A DNA stretch of 59,028 nucleotides from Hasllibacter sp. (GCA_028281405.1 JANQKA010000734.1:1-59028), one strand, 5' to 3'; positions 34,801-43,908 are shown, counted from the stretch's first letter. Notes: generated from the letters alone by a model not told the origin. Translations and numbers: made by a program.

Positions 34801-37724
34801 CCGTTTCCGTCGGTCGCGGACAGCGCGACGGAAATCGCCGAAATCTGGGTCAAAATATCGTGGACTTCATCGCGGCTTTCAAAATTGAGGTAGGAAATTG
34901 TCGCGAAGGATTGCCGCAATCCCGCGACCTGATCGCGCGCTTTCTCCCGGGCCGAGTCGAGTGCCTCATCCAGCATTTGCTGATACTCTTCCATCTTTGA
35001 CTCATTCGCGGTGCCATCTCGCTTCAATATTTCCAGAATTTCCCGCGAAGCGAGGATGGCATGTTCCTTTATTCGTTGACCAAACGCCTCGGAATAGTTC
35101 GCCGCGATGCATTCTTTGTTGGACAGCGATCGAAGCATCCGATTGTCCCGACGTGTCCGTTCCTCATCGAATGACTCGTCGGCACTCCCCGTCCAATCCT
35201 GGCATCCTCCGGGAAGGCGCAACAACGGTGTTTCGGACATGTCCTTGACCCTACGGAGAGAATACAACGCACCTTTTCCATCGAGCAAACCACGAATATC
35301 TTCAAGGCTATCGCGCAGCACCGCATTGGCCGCGGAGGCGAGCGTGCTGGTGGACGGCGCGCTCCCGGTGACCGGTTCGCCTGTGCTCACGCTCTCCGCC
35401 CCGTCCGCCGCCGCGTCCAATTCCCTGCGAATCTCGCCGACCGCCCGCAGCAGCGATTTATGATCTTTCGTGGTGGCGGCCCGCTCCTTATGGGCATTCC
35501 GCCAATCCCGGAGCAGGTCGCACGCCTCTTGCAGATTGCGGCAGAACCAACCAAGCGCCATTCCGTCAATGCGACTGTTCTTCGGACGTCCGCCTCTCAG
35601 CGCCGCCTCCTCGACGAACAGTTCCTGCGCGCCCCGGTCGTCGTCCCATTTTCCGATGAACTCTTCGACGATTCCCGCCGCCTCGGGGGTATCGGACATG
35701 GCCGCATTGAACGCCCTGCCGATTACTCCCGATGGCTCCAATTCCTCGTGAAAAATTTTGTAAGTTGGTTGGTGCGCCGTTTTTCGGAGGCGCGCGCGCT
35801 CTATCCAATTTTTCATCGCTTCGCGGACTTCCGTCAGACGTTCGTCGGTTTTCGCCCCGGCGAGGTCCGCCAGAATTTTCTCTGAAAATTCGATCTCGTA
35901 GCCCAGGTCCGAAAGTGTTTCCACCAACCGGGCGGTGTTTTCCGTAGCCGCTTCGCGCGGCAATTTTCGTAATTCGTTCCGCGCTCCGTAGGATGGCGCG
36001 AAGAGCGCGGGACGCAGCAACGCGGCGAGCGCGAGTCGACCGGCCGCGGCCCGATCACCCGCCTTTGAAAGGGAATCCATCATTTCCGCCATCACGGTGC
36101 TTCGCTGCCGCTCGCCCATATCGGCCATAGTACGCACGCCGCGAAGCATGAGCAGACCCCAAAGAACCGCCGCGGGTATCTCGGGCGTTTCTCCCCGGTC
36201 TTCCCGAAGCCGGGCGAGGTGCCAAGCGAATACAATTTCGCCTTCCCGGAGGAAGCGGGAGAGCGCCTTGGACAGGATTTTCGCGCGCGCTCCAGGTTTG
36301 ACGCCCGAATCTTGATCGTTGAGCCCGGTCTTTGGGGTGGCGACTTTTGCGCCGGATTTAATTTCCGTTTGCCCGCGCGTTGGCCGCGCACCTTGGCTTG
36401 GCACCCGAGTTTTCGATGTCGGAACCGAATCCTCTTGCTGTTTCTTGTCGGACGGATCCCGTTTCGTCCCGCGTTGGTTGGCATCGAAGCTTTCTTTTCC
36501 GGAGGAAATTCCGAGCGCTGGCCGCTCCTTGGAATCGGGTGGAGGAGCAACCGCAACTGTTTTGTCATTCGGTGACGGTGGCTCTTCAATTGCGTCCCCC
36601 GCCCCCGTGCGTCCTTGTTTCCGAATTCCGCGCTTGGGCTGGGACGGAGCCTCGTCCGTGGCTCTCACGGCTGGGGAATCCCGCTCTGGAGCGGCTTCGC
36701 TTGTTGGTTCAACTTCGATTTTTTCTTTGTCCGTTTCCGTTTTGATTTCTTCCGGCTTCGAGCGGTGCGCGCTCGCGTCGACGGGAAGCGACCGCTCGAG
36801 TTCTTCCCGGGCGGCCTGGGCACGGACCGAGAGGCTTTCGCGGCGCCCGAAGGCCTCTTTCTGCAATGGCACCAACCGCAGTTGAGTTTCGAAGTCGCCG
36901 CTGTCGACCGCCATTCTCGCCTCGTCCTTCAGCGACTCGACCTCGGAATCCGCCTTATCGGCCGCGGCTCTGGCGGACTCGAGCTCGGACAGTAGGGCAT
37001 CGATATCTTCCAGATGCCCGGTGCCGGGTTCATCGGGAAGGAGGCTTAGCAGACCCGCGTCGATTTCCGAAATGCGTTTCGCGATGTCAGATCTGCGCTT
37101 GGCGAGATTTGCGCGCTCTCGTTGTTCGGCTTTTCCGCACTCGTCGACGAGCCGTTTCGCCAGATCGAGAATTTCTTGCGCCGATTCCGCTTTCGGCGTG
37201 ATTAGGGATCGCGCCTTTTCGGCGATTGAGTGTGAAATGGAGGCCCAATCCTCCAGTCCAGCGCGTTCGTCGTCGACGGCATGGTTGGATACCGTCGTGG
37301 TGTCCTTGGATTCCGATTCATCGTTGAGCATCGTAAGGAAATCCAGTAGAAACGCTTCGAACGAAAAGGGAGAAACCTGTCCAGAGTAATAATCCAGCCG
37401 CTCGAAGAATTTAATCCGGTTTTCGAATGGATCTTCCCCGATATACGAGGCGATATGGTCCAACGCCCGATGGTGGAACGTATTTTTTTGTTTTCTCTCG
37501 GGTATCCGTCGATCGAATTCACGCAGTTCCTCGATTCCGTCTCCGGACATCATTATGGATAGCGCGGAATAGAATTGGCCATCGTCCCGCAGGTTGTCGC
37601 GGTCGATGAACCTTTCAAAGAGATCGGCGTTTTCCCGTCGGTGGCTGGGAACGATGCGAAAGCCCTTCTTGATCTCGCGGACGTAGGCGGCCGCCTTTGG
37701 TGCCGTGATGGTCTCCTGATTCAT
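31803..37724 (-). CDS. giant (~1,973 aa) multidomain protein: coiled coil, low-complexity linker, helical region, REase-like module, ORC/STAND-like P-loop NTPase, wHTH-like and C-terminal domains
   Basis: Stop-free for 1,973 codons in DNA of only about 52-58% G+C by hand count of two 60-nt lines, which cannot be a G+C artefact. FFGRQDEVARI..GGCLIYGGRQLGKSALL (Walker A), RRLLTMFDESDNFL (Walker B), NYYPSLVQIFC (sensor-like). ATG 37724 (MNQETITAPK) is preceded by GAGGAA; ATG 37802 is an alternative start. The reading frame stays open upstream into eamA. Confidence 0.8.
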   Translation of the reverse strand: MNQETITAPKAAAYVREIKKGFRIVPSHRRENADLFERFIDRDNLRDDGQFYSALSIMMSGDGIEELREFDRRIPERKQKNTFHHRALDHIASYIGEDPFENRIKFFERLDYYSGQVSPFSFEAFLLDFLTMLNDESESKDTTTVSNHAVDDERAGLEDWASISHSIAEKARSLITPKAESAQEILDLAKRLVDECGKAEQRERANLAKRRSDIAKRISEIDAGLLSLLPDEPGTGHLEDIDALLSELESARAAADKADSEVESLKDEARMAVDSGDFETQLRLVPLQKEAFGRRESLSVRAQAAREELERSLPVDASAHRSKPEEIKTETDKEKIEVEPTSEAAPERDSPAVRATDEAPSQPKRGIRKQGRTGAGDAIEEPPSPNDKTVAVAPPPDSKERPALGISSGKESFDANQRGTKRDPSDKKQQEDSVPTSKTRVPSQGARPTRGQTEIKSGAKVATPKTGLNDQDSGVKPGARAKILSKALSRFLREGEIVFAWHLARLREDRGETPEIPAAVLWGLLMLRGVRTMADMGERQRSTVMAEMMDSLSKAGDRAAAGRLALAALLRPALFAPSYGARNELRKLPREAATENTARLVETLSDLGYEIEFSEKILADLAGAKTDERLTEVREAMKNWIERARLRKTAHQPTYKIFHEELEPSGVIGRAFNAAMSDTPEAAGIVEEFIGKWDDDRGAQELFVEEAALRGGRPKNSRIDGMALGWFCRNLQEACDLLRDWRNAHKERAATTKDHKSLLRAVGEIRRELDAAADGAESVSTGEPVTGSAPSTSTLASAANAVLRDSLEDIRGLLDGKGALYSLRRVKDMSETPLLRLPGGCQDWTGSADESFDEERTRRDNRMLRSLSNKECIAANYSEAFGQRIKEHAILASREILEILKRDGTANESKMEEYQQMLDEALDSAREKARDQVAGLRQSFATISYLNFESRDEVHDILTQISAISVALSATDGNGDVTLPAASEARVPGIPPDFPELDDVLSEFEKRRSELTDEITGRQKRQLEILTQKGGPLGESAKRILDEMHRLDPVTVEDAVAELSAGRDVSLPERDAHDEFADFFPDFVTRIEESNGEGLTHGRIVQAAKEGGATGPLDFSGLEKTERGRSRQVLSDWRGLENAMKQNRPDPIRRAFGDVLGGLGFTKVNISGDIVLVPGKVRGFSIKCNWIQPDGWFIPPAFGSEADGHYRCAVVRGDLPPQGILREIANEAPDQPWIVMILRRLSVRERRALAQKAHSDARKVLVVDESLLLHLATRGGDPLPALFACALPFGWVQPYVTRAGEIPPEMFFGRQDEVARIAATDGGGCLIYGGRQLGKSALLNKIRSDRHRPLIGELAIYIDIRPVGGAGTPSERIWSDLLHHIREHIEIPPRIEDPNGIVREIEDWLGVDPSRRLLTMFDESDNFLKNEHEHGYPNLQLLKDLMGRTRMRFKAVFAGLHNVRRMAQAPNSPLPHLGEPICIGPMNQTKENRSALRRLATDPMRAAGLDYADPTLALDLLTRMNYYPSLVQIFCRQIVESIGRRVLADPDGPRWALSHKAMFDGEAASKAAEQIRDRFQLTLNLDLRYECIAKSLALHRLDASSGDEKVFSKGESPERLLDLARPFWPHSLDHPGVLDIEELLKEMVDLGVLSEFGENRYGLRSALVAQMLGTREQLESSLLLLGERESEPTYNPREFHSLLRPVLKDERAPLTDRDIKLLFDASKPGTRLVIGHPVIIGSGLGRRIQVAADIIRNSSNTLTTSDRNSLRREIDAIGDKKAVLVVEGEWNAKDAEDLSKMKPVDDGRIIPVWCLERTPDILPDGIKIYRAKPWSEAMLRHWLASENLAPIFDNEKIRRAVMTASGCAPARLGMLLPVLREVETRSEAQIEKRLREWLRSNPVTAEEIGVDVGDLEFLREFSQMREAISSREDMMVQFGTSSDRISKLEELNLIRNHGSADNLPSVTPFGHLLIHEG
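33462..33488 (-). other. Walker B LLTMFDESD of the giant protein
   Basis: A hydrophobic strand followed by D-E, about 80 aa after the P-loop. Confidence 0.7.
33717..33740 (-). other. Walker A P-loop GGRQLGKS of the giant protein
   Basis: Minus-strand codons gga gga cgg caa ttg ggc aaa tcc, approximately aa 1329-1336. Confidence 0.8.
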
Positions 37725-37973
37725 TTCCTCGGTCCTCTTCGTCGTCGTGGCGAGGCCGCGCCTAGTTGCCCGGACAGCCCCTCCGGTGGTGGTGGTCGGC
37801 ATATGCGAGGCTGAGGACGAGCGCAAGCGCCCGAAAAAATTCCCACCTCCGCGGCGCGCGCCGCTGTCGCCCCTTACGACAGGGGCGGTGGGGCGGGCAA
37901 GGAAAAATTTGTCGGCCTCCGAACTCGTCGGCGGGTCTGGGCAAGGTTTGCTAGGGACCGGTCCTCCCGTGGT

Positions 37974-38840
37974 GGATTCTCGGTCGCGGTCCAGTGAGAC
38001 GATGGCGAGTCCGGCGAACACCAGAGCGGCTCCGAGGAGCGTGGCCGGCGTCACGGTCTCGCCCACGACCGCCACTGCGAGGATCCATGCGGTCAGCGGT
38101 TCCGCGAGCGCCAGCGTCACGCCCGTCGCCACGGTCACCCGGCCGAGGCCCCAAGTGTAGAGGGCGTAGGAAACTCCCGTCGCCCCGACGCCCAGAAAGG
38201 CGAGCGCGAGCAGCGCGCCCGGGTCGAAGACCCATCCAAGCGGAACGATCGCCAGCACGGGCAGGGCGAGGATGGCCGCTGCGGAGAATGTTCCCGAGGC
38301 GATGGCGACGGGTTCCGCTCGCCCGACCATGCGTCCCGTTAGGATGGAGTAGGTGGCGTAGGAGGCGCCGGCCAGCGCCGCGAGGGCGATTCCGAGAACG
38401 CCACCCTCCGCCTTCGCGCCGGACAGGGCGAGAAGCGCGGCTCCCGATATGGCCGCGAACTGGGCGGCGGCGCGGGTCGGAGTCGGAGGGCGTCCCCTCG
38501 CGAAGTCGAAAAGACCAACCCAAACGGGCGCGCTGCCGATGGCGATGGCTGTGCCGATGCCCACGCCCGCCAGCGTGACGGCGCTGAAGAAGAGCAGGTT
38601 GTAAGCGGCGATCGCGATCCCGGCGCAAATCATCGGCCGCCACGGCAGGCCGCGGAAGGATGTGCGCCGCAGGCGCGCCAAGGCGAGGAGGGAGAGAGCG
38701 CCGACGCCGAGACGGACCGCGGCGACGACCAAGGGCTCCCGCGCTTCGGGCAGCAGGGCTTGGGTGGTTCCGGTGGACCCCCACAGCGTCGCCGCGGCGA
38801 TCACGGCGAGAACGCCGGCGAATCGTTTCTCCGATGCCAT
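37974..38840 (-). CDS. EamA/DMT-family 10-TM transporter domain (3' boundary undefined: no in-frame stop before 31803)
   Basis: MASEKRFAGVLAVIAAATLWGSTGTTQ... has two EamA-like halves with about 10 hydrophobic helices ending ..VFAGLAIVSLDRDRES. High G+C like the backbone. The same frame continues without a stop into the giant ORF. Confidence 0.75.
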
Positions 38841-38930
38841 GCGGAGGCTTTCGCAGAGAGCGTTGTCCCGCGCAAGTTCCACCTGAGCGAATCGCCCGGG
38901 ATGCTCGCATCGCCGCCGGGTGTGGCTTAG

Positions 38931-40358
38931 ATGGGCTTCATGCCGACCAAAACTCCGGTGATCTGGTGGGTCCGGCGCGACATGCGCTTGGCCGACAATC
39001 CCTGCCTCGCCGCCCTTGTCGAGACGGGACGGCCGGTGATTCCCGTGTTTCTGCTCGACGAAGTTCTGGAAAGCCACGGAGCGGCGCCCAAATGGCGCAT
39101 GGGGTTGGCGGCGGAGTGTTTCGCGGAGCGGCTTGCCGGGAAGGGATCGCGGTTGATCTTCCGGAGGGGCGGGGCGTCCCGCGAACTGGGCCGCCTCGCG
39201 GAGGAAACGGGAGCGGGGGCCGTTTGGTGGACGCGGGCGTACGACGCCGAAGCGCGGTCGAGGGACCGGGCGGTTTACGAGGGACTCAAGGATCGGGTGG
39301 ACGTCCGCGCGGTGGACGGGCACCTCTTGATGGAGCCATGGTCGGTGAGGACCGGGTCGGGTGGTCCCTACAAGGTCTACACGCCTTTCTGGCGCGCCGT
39401 GAAGGACCGCGGTCCGGGGGGCGGGTGGCCGCGCGTGTCGAAAATCCCCGCGCCGGGCCGATGGCCGGAGAGCGAAAATATTGCCGACTGGAACCTCGGA
39501 AGGGAGATGCGCCGCGGGGCGGCCGTGGTGCGGGAGCATGTCCGGGTGGGCGAGGCCGAGGCGCTGAAGCGGCTCCGCGTGTTCGCGCGCGACCGGTTGT
39601 CGCACTACGGGGACGCGCGCGACGATTTGGCGCGGCCCGGCACCTCGGAACTGAGCGAACACCTGACCTATGGAGAAATAGGGCCGCGCACATGCTGGGA
39701 CGTCGGCGAGCGTGGGATGCGGGAGGGCGCCCCGGGGGCGGAGGCCTTTCTGAAGGAGCTTGTCTGGCGCGAGTTCGCCCATCATCTGATGTGGCATTTT
39801 CCGGACATGGCGGAGGCGAACTGGCGATCCGAATGGGACGCCTTTCCTTGGAAAACCGACGAGCGGTCGAGGGAGGTCCGGCGTTGGAAGGAGGGTCGCA
39901 CGGGGGTCGAGATCGTCGATGCGGCGCAGCGCGAGATGTATGTCACGGGGACGATGCACAATCGCGCGCGGATGATCACCGCCTCCTACCTGACGAAGCA
40001 CTGCCTCGTGGATTGGCGGGTGGGACGCGCGTGGTTCGAGGATTGCCTGATCGACTGGGATCCCGCGTCGAACGCCTTGGGCTGGCAATGGGTCGCGGGA
40101 TCCGGACCGGACGCCGCGCCCTACTTCCGCGTGTTCAATCCCGAATCCCAGGCGGAGAAATTCGACGTGGATCGTCGTTACCGCGACCGATGGCTCGCCG
40201 AGGGACGGAGGCGTCCATCCCGTGACGCGCTCAGCTATTTCGACGCGATTCCGGAAAGATGGTCCATGGCCCCGGGCGACGTCTACCCCGACCCGGTGGT
40301 TGGAGTGAAGGAGGGGAGGGAGGCCGCTCTCCGGGCGTACCGGGATTTCAAGTCGTAA
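38931..40358 (+). CDS. phrB: deoxyribodipyrimidine photo-lyase
   Basis: 475 aa. VIWWVRRDMRLADNPCL, TSELSEHLTYGEIGPR, WREFAHHL, GWQWVAGSGPDAAPYFRVFNP. Confidence 0.92.
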   Translation: MGFMPTKTPVIWWVRRDMRLADNPCLAALVETGRPVIPVFLLDEVLESHGAAPKWRMGLAAECFAERLAGKGSRLIFRRGGASRELGRLAEETGAGAVWWTRAYDAEARSRDRAVYEGLKDRVDVRAVDGHLLMEPWSVRTGSGGPYKVYTPFWRAVKDRGPGGGWPRVSKIPAPGRWPESENIADWNLGREMRRGAAVVREHVRVGEAEALKRLRVFARDRLSHYGDARDDLARPGTSELSEHLTYGEIGPRTCWDVGERGMREGAPGAEAFLKELVWREFAHHLMWHFPDMAEANWRSEWDAFPWKTDERSREVRRWKEGRTGVEIVDAAQREMYVTGTMHNRARMITASYLTKHCLVDWRVGRAWFEDCLIDWDPASNALGWQWVAGSGPDAAPYFRVFNPESQAEKFDVDRRYRDRWLAEGRRRPSRDALSYFDAIPERWSMAPGDVYPDPVVGVKEGREAALRAYRDFKS

Positions 40359-40714
40359 GCGGAAATTCCTGTTTGGTGGAGGTGGCCCCGCGGCGCGGCC
40401 GTCCTTCGAAGGAACCGTTGCAACATCCAAGCGACGGCCCGGTCTGGAATTGTTGGCGCGGAAACCATCGGAGAGGTCCGTGAACAGGAGTGTCCCTGGC
40501 CCCGGCCGGGTAAGCTTTCCACGGGATGGAATTTCCGCATCTTGGCCCGGAGGCGGTTTACATCGTGCTTGGCGACGCGGCGGCCGGAACCTCCGCATGG
40601 CGGGACGAAGCGGCGGTCGAAGCGCTCGATTCCCTGACCTCGAATCCCCCTCGGATTGGTTGAATCGAACGTCGACGGGCCCTAGAGCGGGGAGGCACGA
40701 AAGGGAGGCGCCCG

Positions 40715-41743
40715 ATGCGGGTCAGGAAGGATCTCGCCGACGCGGTCGGCAACACCCCTCTCATCCGACTCAACGCGGTCAGCGAAGCAACCGGATGCGA
40801 AATCCTCGGCAAAGCCGAGTTCTTGAATCCCGGTCAGTCGGTGAAGGACCGCGCCGCGCTCTTCATCATCCGCGACGCGGTGGCGCGCGGAACCCTGCGG
40901 CCGGGAGGGGTGATCGTGGAAGGAACGGCCGGGAACACGGGCATCGGGTTGGCGTTGGTCGGAGCCTCGATGGGATTCAGGACGGTGATCGTGATCCCCG
41001 AGACCCAAAGCCGGGAAAAAATGGACATGATCCGCCTGGCGGGCGCGGAACTCGTGCGGGTGCCCGCGGTGCCCTACTCCAACCCAAACAACTACGTGCG
41101 CTATTCGGGGCGGTTGGCCGAACTGCTCGCCCGCACGGAACCCAACGGCGCCATCTGGGCCAATCAGTTCGACAACGTCGCGAATCGCCAAGCGCACATC
41201 GACACGACCGGGCCGGAGATTTGGGAGCAGACCGGGGGCGGGGTGACGGGATTCACCTGCGCGGTCGGGTCCGGCGGGACGCTGGCGGGGGTGGCCGCGG
41301 CGCTCCAGCCCAAGGAGGTGAAGGTGGCGTTGTCGGACCCCGAAGGGTCCGGCCTTTACAAAATCTACACCGGCCGGGAGGCCGGCGGTGATTCGATCAC
41401 CGAGGGAATCGGGCAGGGGCGGATCACCGCCAATCTGGAGGGATTCGCGCCCGACGCCTGCTACAGGATTCCCGACGCCGAGGCGTTGCCGATCGTCTTC
41501 GACCTGCTGGCCGAGGAGGGGCTTTGCCTCGGCGGATCTTCCGGAATCAACGTGGCCGGCGCGGCGCGCATGGCGCGGGAAATGGGTCCCGGGAACACCA
41601 TCGTCACGGTGCTCTGCGACTACGGCACGCGGTATCAGTCCAAACTATTCAACCCGGAGTTCCTGAAGAAGAAACAGCTTCCGGTTCCCGCTTGGCTTGA
41701 GGCCGAACCGGGATCGGCGCCAACGGTGTTCGAGGATGTCTAA
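40715..41743 (+). CDS. cysK: cysteine synthase A-family PLP enzyme
   Basis: VGNTPLIRLN, LNPGQSVKDRAA (PLP lysine), EGTAGNTGIGLA, GSGGTLAG. GGGAGG Shine-Dalgarno lies upstream. Confidence 0.85.
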   Translation: MRVRKDLADAVGNTPLIRLNAVSEATGCEILGKAEFLNPGQSVKDRAALFIIRDAVARGTLRPGGVIVEGTAGNTGIGLALVGASMGFRTVIVIPETQSREKMDMIRLAGAELVRVPAVPYSNPNNYVRYSGRLAELLARTEPNGAIWANQFDNVANRQAHIDTTGPEIWEQTGGGVTGFTCAVGSGGTLAGVAAALQPKEVKVALSDPEGSGLYKIYTGREAGGDSITEGIGQGRITANLEGFAPDACYRIPDAEALPIVFDLLAEEGLCLGGSSGINVAGAARMAREMGPGNTIVTVLCDYGTRYQSKLFNPEFLKKKQLPVPAWLEAEPGSAPTVFEDV

Positions 41744-42157
41744 TTCGATCCGACGGCGTAGTTATCCGATCCACGGGAGCGTATCCGATCGGGCCGGCGT
41801 GGGATTCTTCGCCGGCGTCACATATTGGCGGGCGCGGCGGCTTCGCCTGGACGAAGGGCGCCCCGCGGGCGGAGGGGAAACTTCGAGGTTCCCGACCGTC
41901 CCGATGGCGGGGACGGAGTTCTCCCCCGGTCGGCTGAAAATCCCCGCCCCGCCGGCCGACGGAGCCGCGCGCTTGCAATTCCGCCGCGGGAGCCGGCATA
42001 ACGGAGCGGGGCGCGTTCGTGGAGGCCGCCGTCGCGGGTGGCTGACCTCCTCCTCCGGAGGCTCCGTTCGTTCGCCGGTCCCTTGGCGGATGATGGAGAC
42101 GGGATCCCGGCGCCCCGCGATGGAACATGTCAAGCCCCGGAGCGGAAAGGCCGGAAT

Positions 42158-42895
42158 ATGACCGAGCTTTTATACCAGACGGATTCCTACCTGCGCGAGG
42201 CGCGGGGAACCGTGGCCGCGATTTCGCCGGAAGGCGGCATCGTGCTGGACCGCGTGGTGTTCTACCCGACGGGAGGTGGGCAACCCGGTGATTCGGGTGA
42301 ACTTCGATGGAACGGGAGCGCGGTGTCCGTCGCGACCGCCGCGACCATCGGGGATGGCGCGGTGGCGCTGGTGCCGGCCGAGCCCGGCGTTTTGCCGGAG
42401 ATCGGCGCCGAGGTCGTCCAGCGCGTGGATTGGGAGCGCCGATATCTCCACATGCGCATGCACACCGCCTTGCACCTGCTTTCGGTCGTGATTCCGCTGC
42501 CCGTGACGGGCGGTTCCGTGGGGATGGGAAAGGGGCGGTTGGACTTCGACATGGCGGAACCCCCGCGGGGGGCGGAGGAGATCGAGGCGAGGCTCGTCGA
42601 ACTCGTGGATTCGGATCTGCCGGTTTCCGAAGAGTGGATCACGGACGAGGAACTTCAGGCGAATCCCGGCCTCGTGAAAACGATGAGCGCGCGTCCGCCG
42701 ACCGGAAGGGGCCGCGTGCGGTTGATCCGGATCGGAAAGGACGGCGCGACCGTGGATCTTCAACCCTGCGGAGGAACGCATGTGGCGCGGACCGGTGAAG
42801 TCGGGGGGGTGAGCGTGGCGAAGATCGAGAAAAAGGGTCGCCGCAACCGGAGGGTTGTCCTGCGCCTCGACGCCGGTGAGGCCGCCGGTGGTTGA
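42158..42895 (+). CDS. alaX: alanyl-tRNA editing protein (AlaX-M/AlaXp-like, Ala/Thr-tRNA synthetase second additional domain)
   Basis: 245 aa. YPTGGGQPGDSG, MHTALHLL (HxxxH) and CGGTHV (CxxxH) zinc/editing motifs. Confidence 0.8.
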   Translation: MTELLYQTDSYLREARGTVAAISPEGGIVLDRVVFYPTGGGQPGDSGELRWNGSAVSVATAATIGDGAVALVPAEPGVLPEIGAEVVQRVDWERRYLHMRMHTALHLLSVVIPLPVTGGSVGMGKGRLDFDMAEPPRGAEEIEARLVELVDSDLPVSEEWITDEELQANPGLVKTMSARPPTGRGRVRLIRIGKDGATVDLQPCGGTHVARTGEVGGVSVAKIEKKGRRNRRVVLRLDAGEAAGG

Positions 42896-43870
42896 TTCGC
42901 TTCGGGCGCGCGCTCGGATGCGAAGCCGCTTGATGGAAGTTCCACCGCATCGGGATCAAATCGGATCATCGGACCCGGCGGCGCGCGATTGATCGGTGCG
43001 CGGGCCCTTGGCCCGCGGCGGCGGCGGCGCCTCCACTCCGCGAAAGGCCGCCGCACCGCGATTCCGCTCCGCCGGGAGTTCGAGGCCGGAAGGTCCGAAT
43101 CACGTCCGCCGGAACGCGCGTCGGGCAAAGCGGCCCGGGAGGCGGGGCCGGTGGATTCGGGGCGTGCCGCCGCGGAGGTCGACTCTCGCGGCGGATAAGG
43201 GACGACCGTGACCACAATACAAACGCGCGTCGGGACGTTCCCGTCGCTCGGGGTCCATGAAAGCTGCGGAGTCGTTCGGAGACGGTCTTGGCGGCCCGCC
43301 ATTGCCGACGGCACGGGTTCCGGGGCGGCGCGCCATGGGTTGCCGGGGTCGATCCGGGAAGTCGCGGCTTTCCGCCGCGAATCGCCCGGAGCCGCGTCCC
43401 GTTCAATGTCGCGGGGCGGACATGACCCCGGTCGCCGACCCTTCCCGCTAGGTGGCCGGGGAGGTGGCGACGGCCAAATCCGCTTCGCCCGCCCCGCCCC
43501 GCGAATCGCGGAGGGGGCCCGCTCGGCCGGTTGGGCGCCGCGGGCGGCGCCCAAGCAACAACGCGCGCCGCGGGGTGCGGGCGGGAGACTTCATTCAAAT
43601 CCGCCAAGCCACGACGGCGCCGGGCGCCGCCGCGAATCACCGAGGACCGCCTCGCCCGCCACCCGGAGCGACGCCGGGGCGGGCCCGTCCGCGATTCCCC
43701 CGCCGAACGGGGGCGGCATCCGGGGTCGGGCGCCCGCTCGACCGCAAGCGTCGGGGCGGCGACCCGTCCCGCCCGCCGCGGATGGTCCCCGGATCACCCG
43801 CTTGCCGCGTCGGCCGTGGAACGGGCAACCAGACCGAAATCCGAATCGCGACGAAGTTCTCCGCGCCGGG

Positions 43871-43900
43871 CTTGACCCGTCCGCCGAACTTTCGCTAAAG
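43871..43900 (+). promoter_or_regulatory. candidate sigma70-type promoter of tRNA-Ser
   Basis: CTTGAC-N18-CTAAAG resembles the alphaproteobacterial CTTGAC-N17-CTATAT consensus and ends 8 nt before the mature tRNA 5' end. Confidence 0.4.
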
Positions 43901-43908
43901 TCCACCTC

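Noticed and set aside
40359-40538. 11-bp inverted repeat GCGGAAATTCC / GGAATTTCCGC flanking ~158 bp between phrB and cysK (MITE-like?)
   Set aside because: Pairing does not extend beyond 11 bp in either direction. I saw no target-site duplication and no other copies in the window. Too weak to call a mobile element or a structured RNA.
38841-40598. N-terminal ~590 aa of the 2,931-aa minus-strand ORF (31803-40598)
   Set aside because: It is Arg/Pro/Gly-rich with no protein-like features. It is antisense to the well-supported photolyase gene (38931-40358) and is a G+C-driven shadow frame. Real coding in this frame starts at the EamA ATG (38840) at the earliest.
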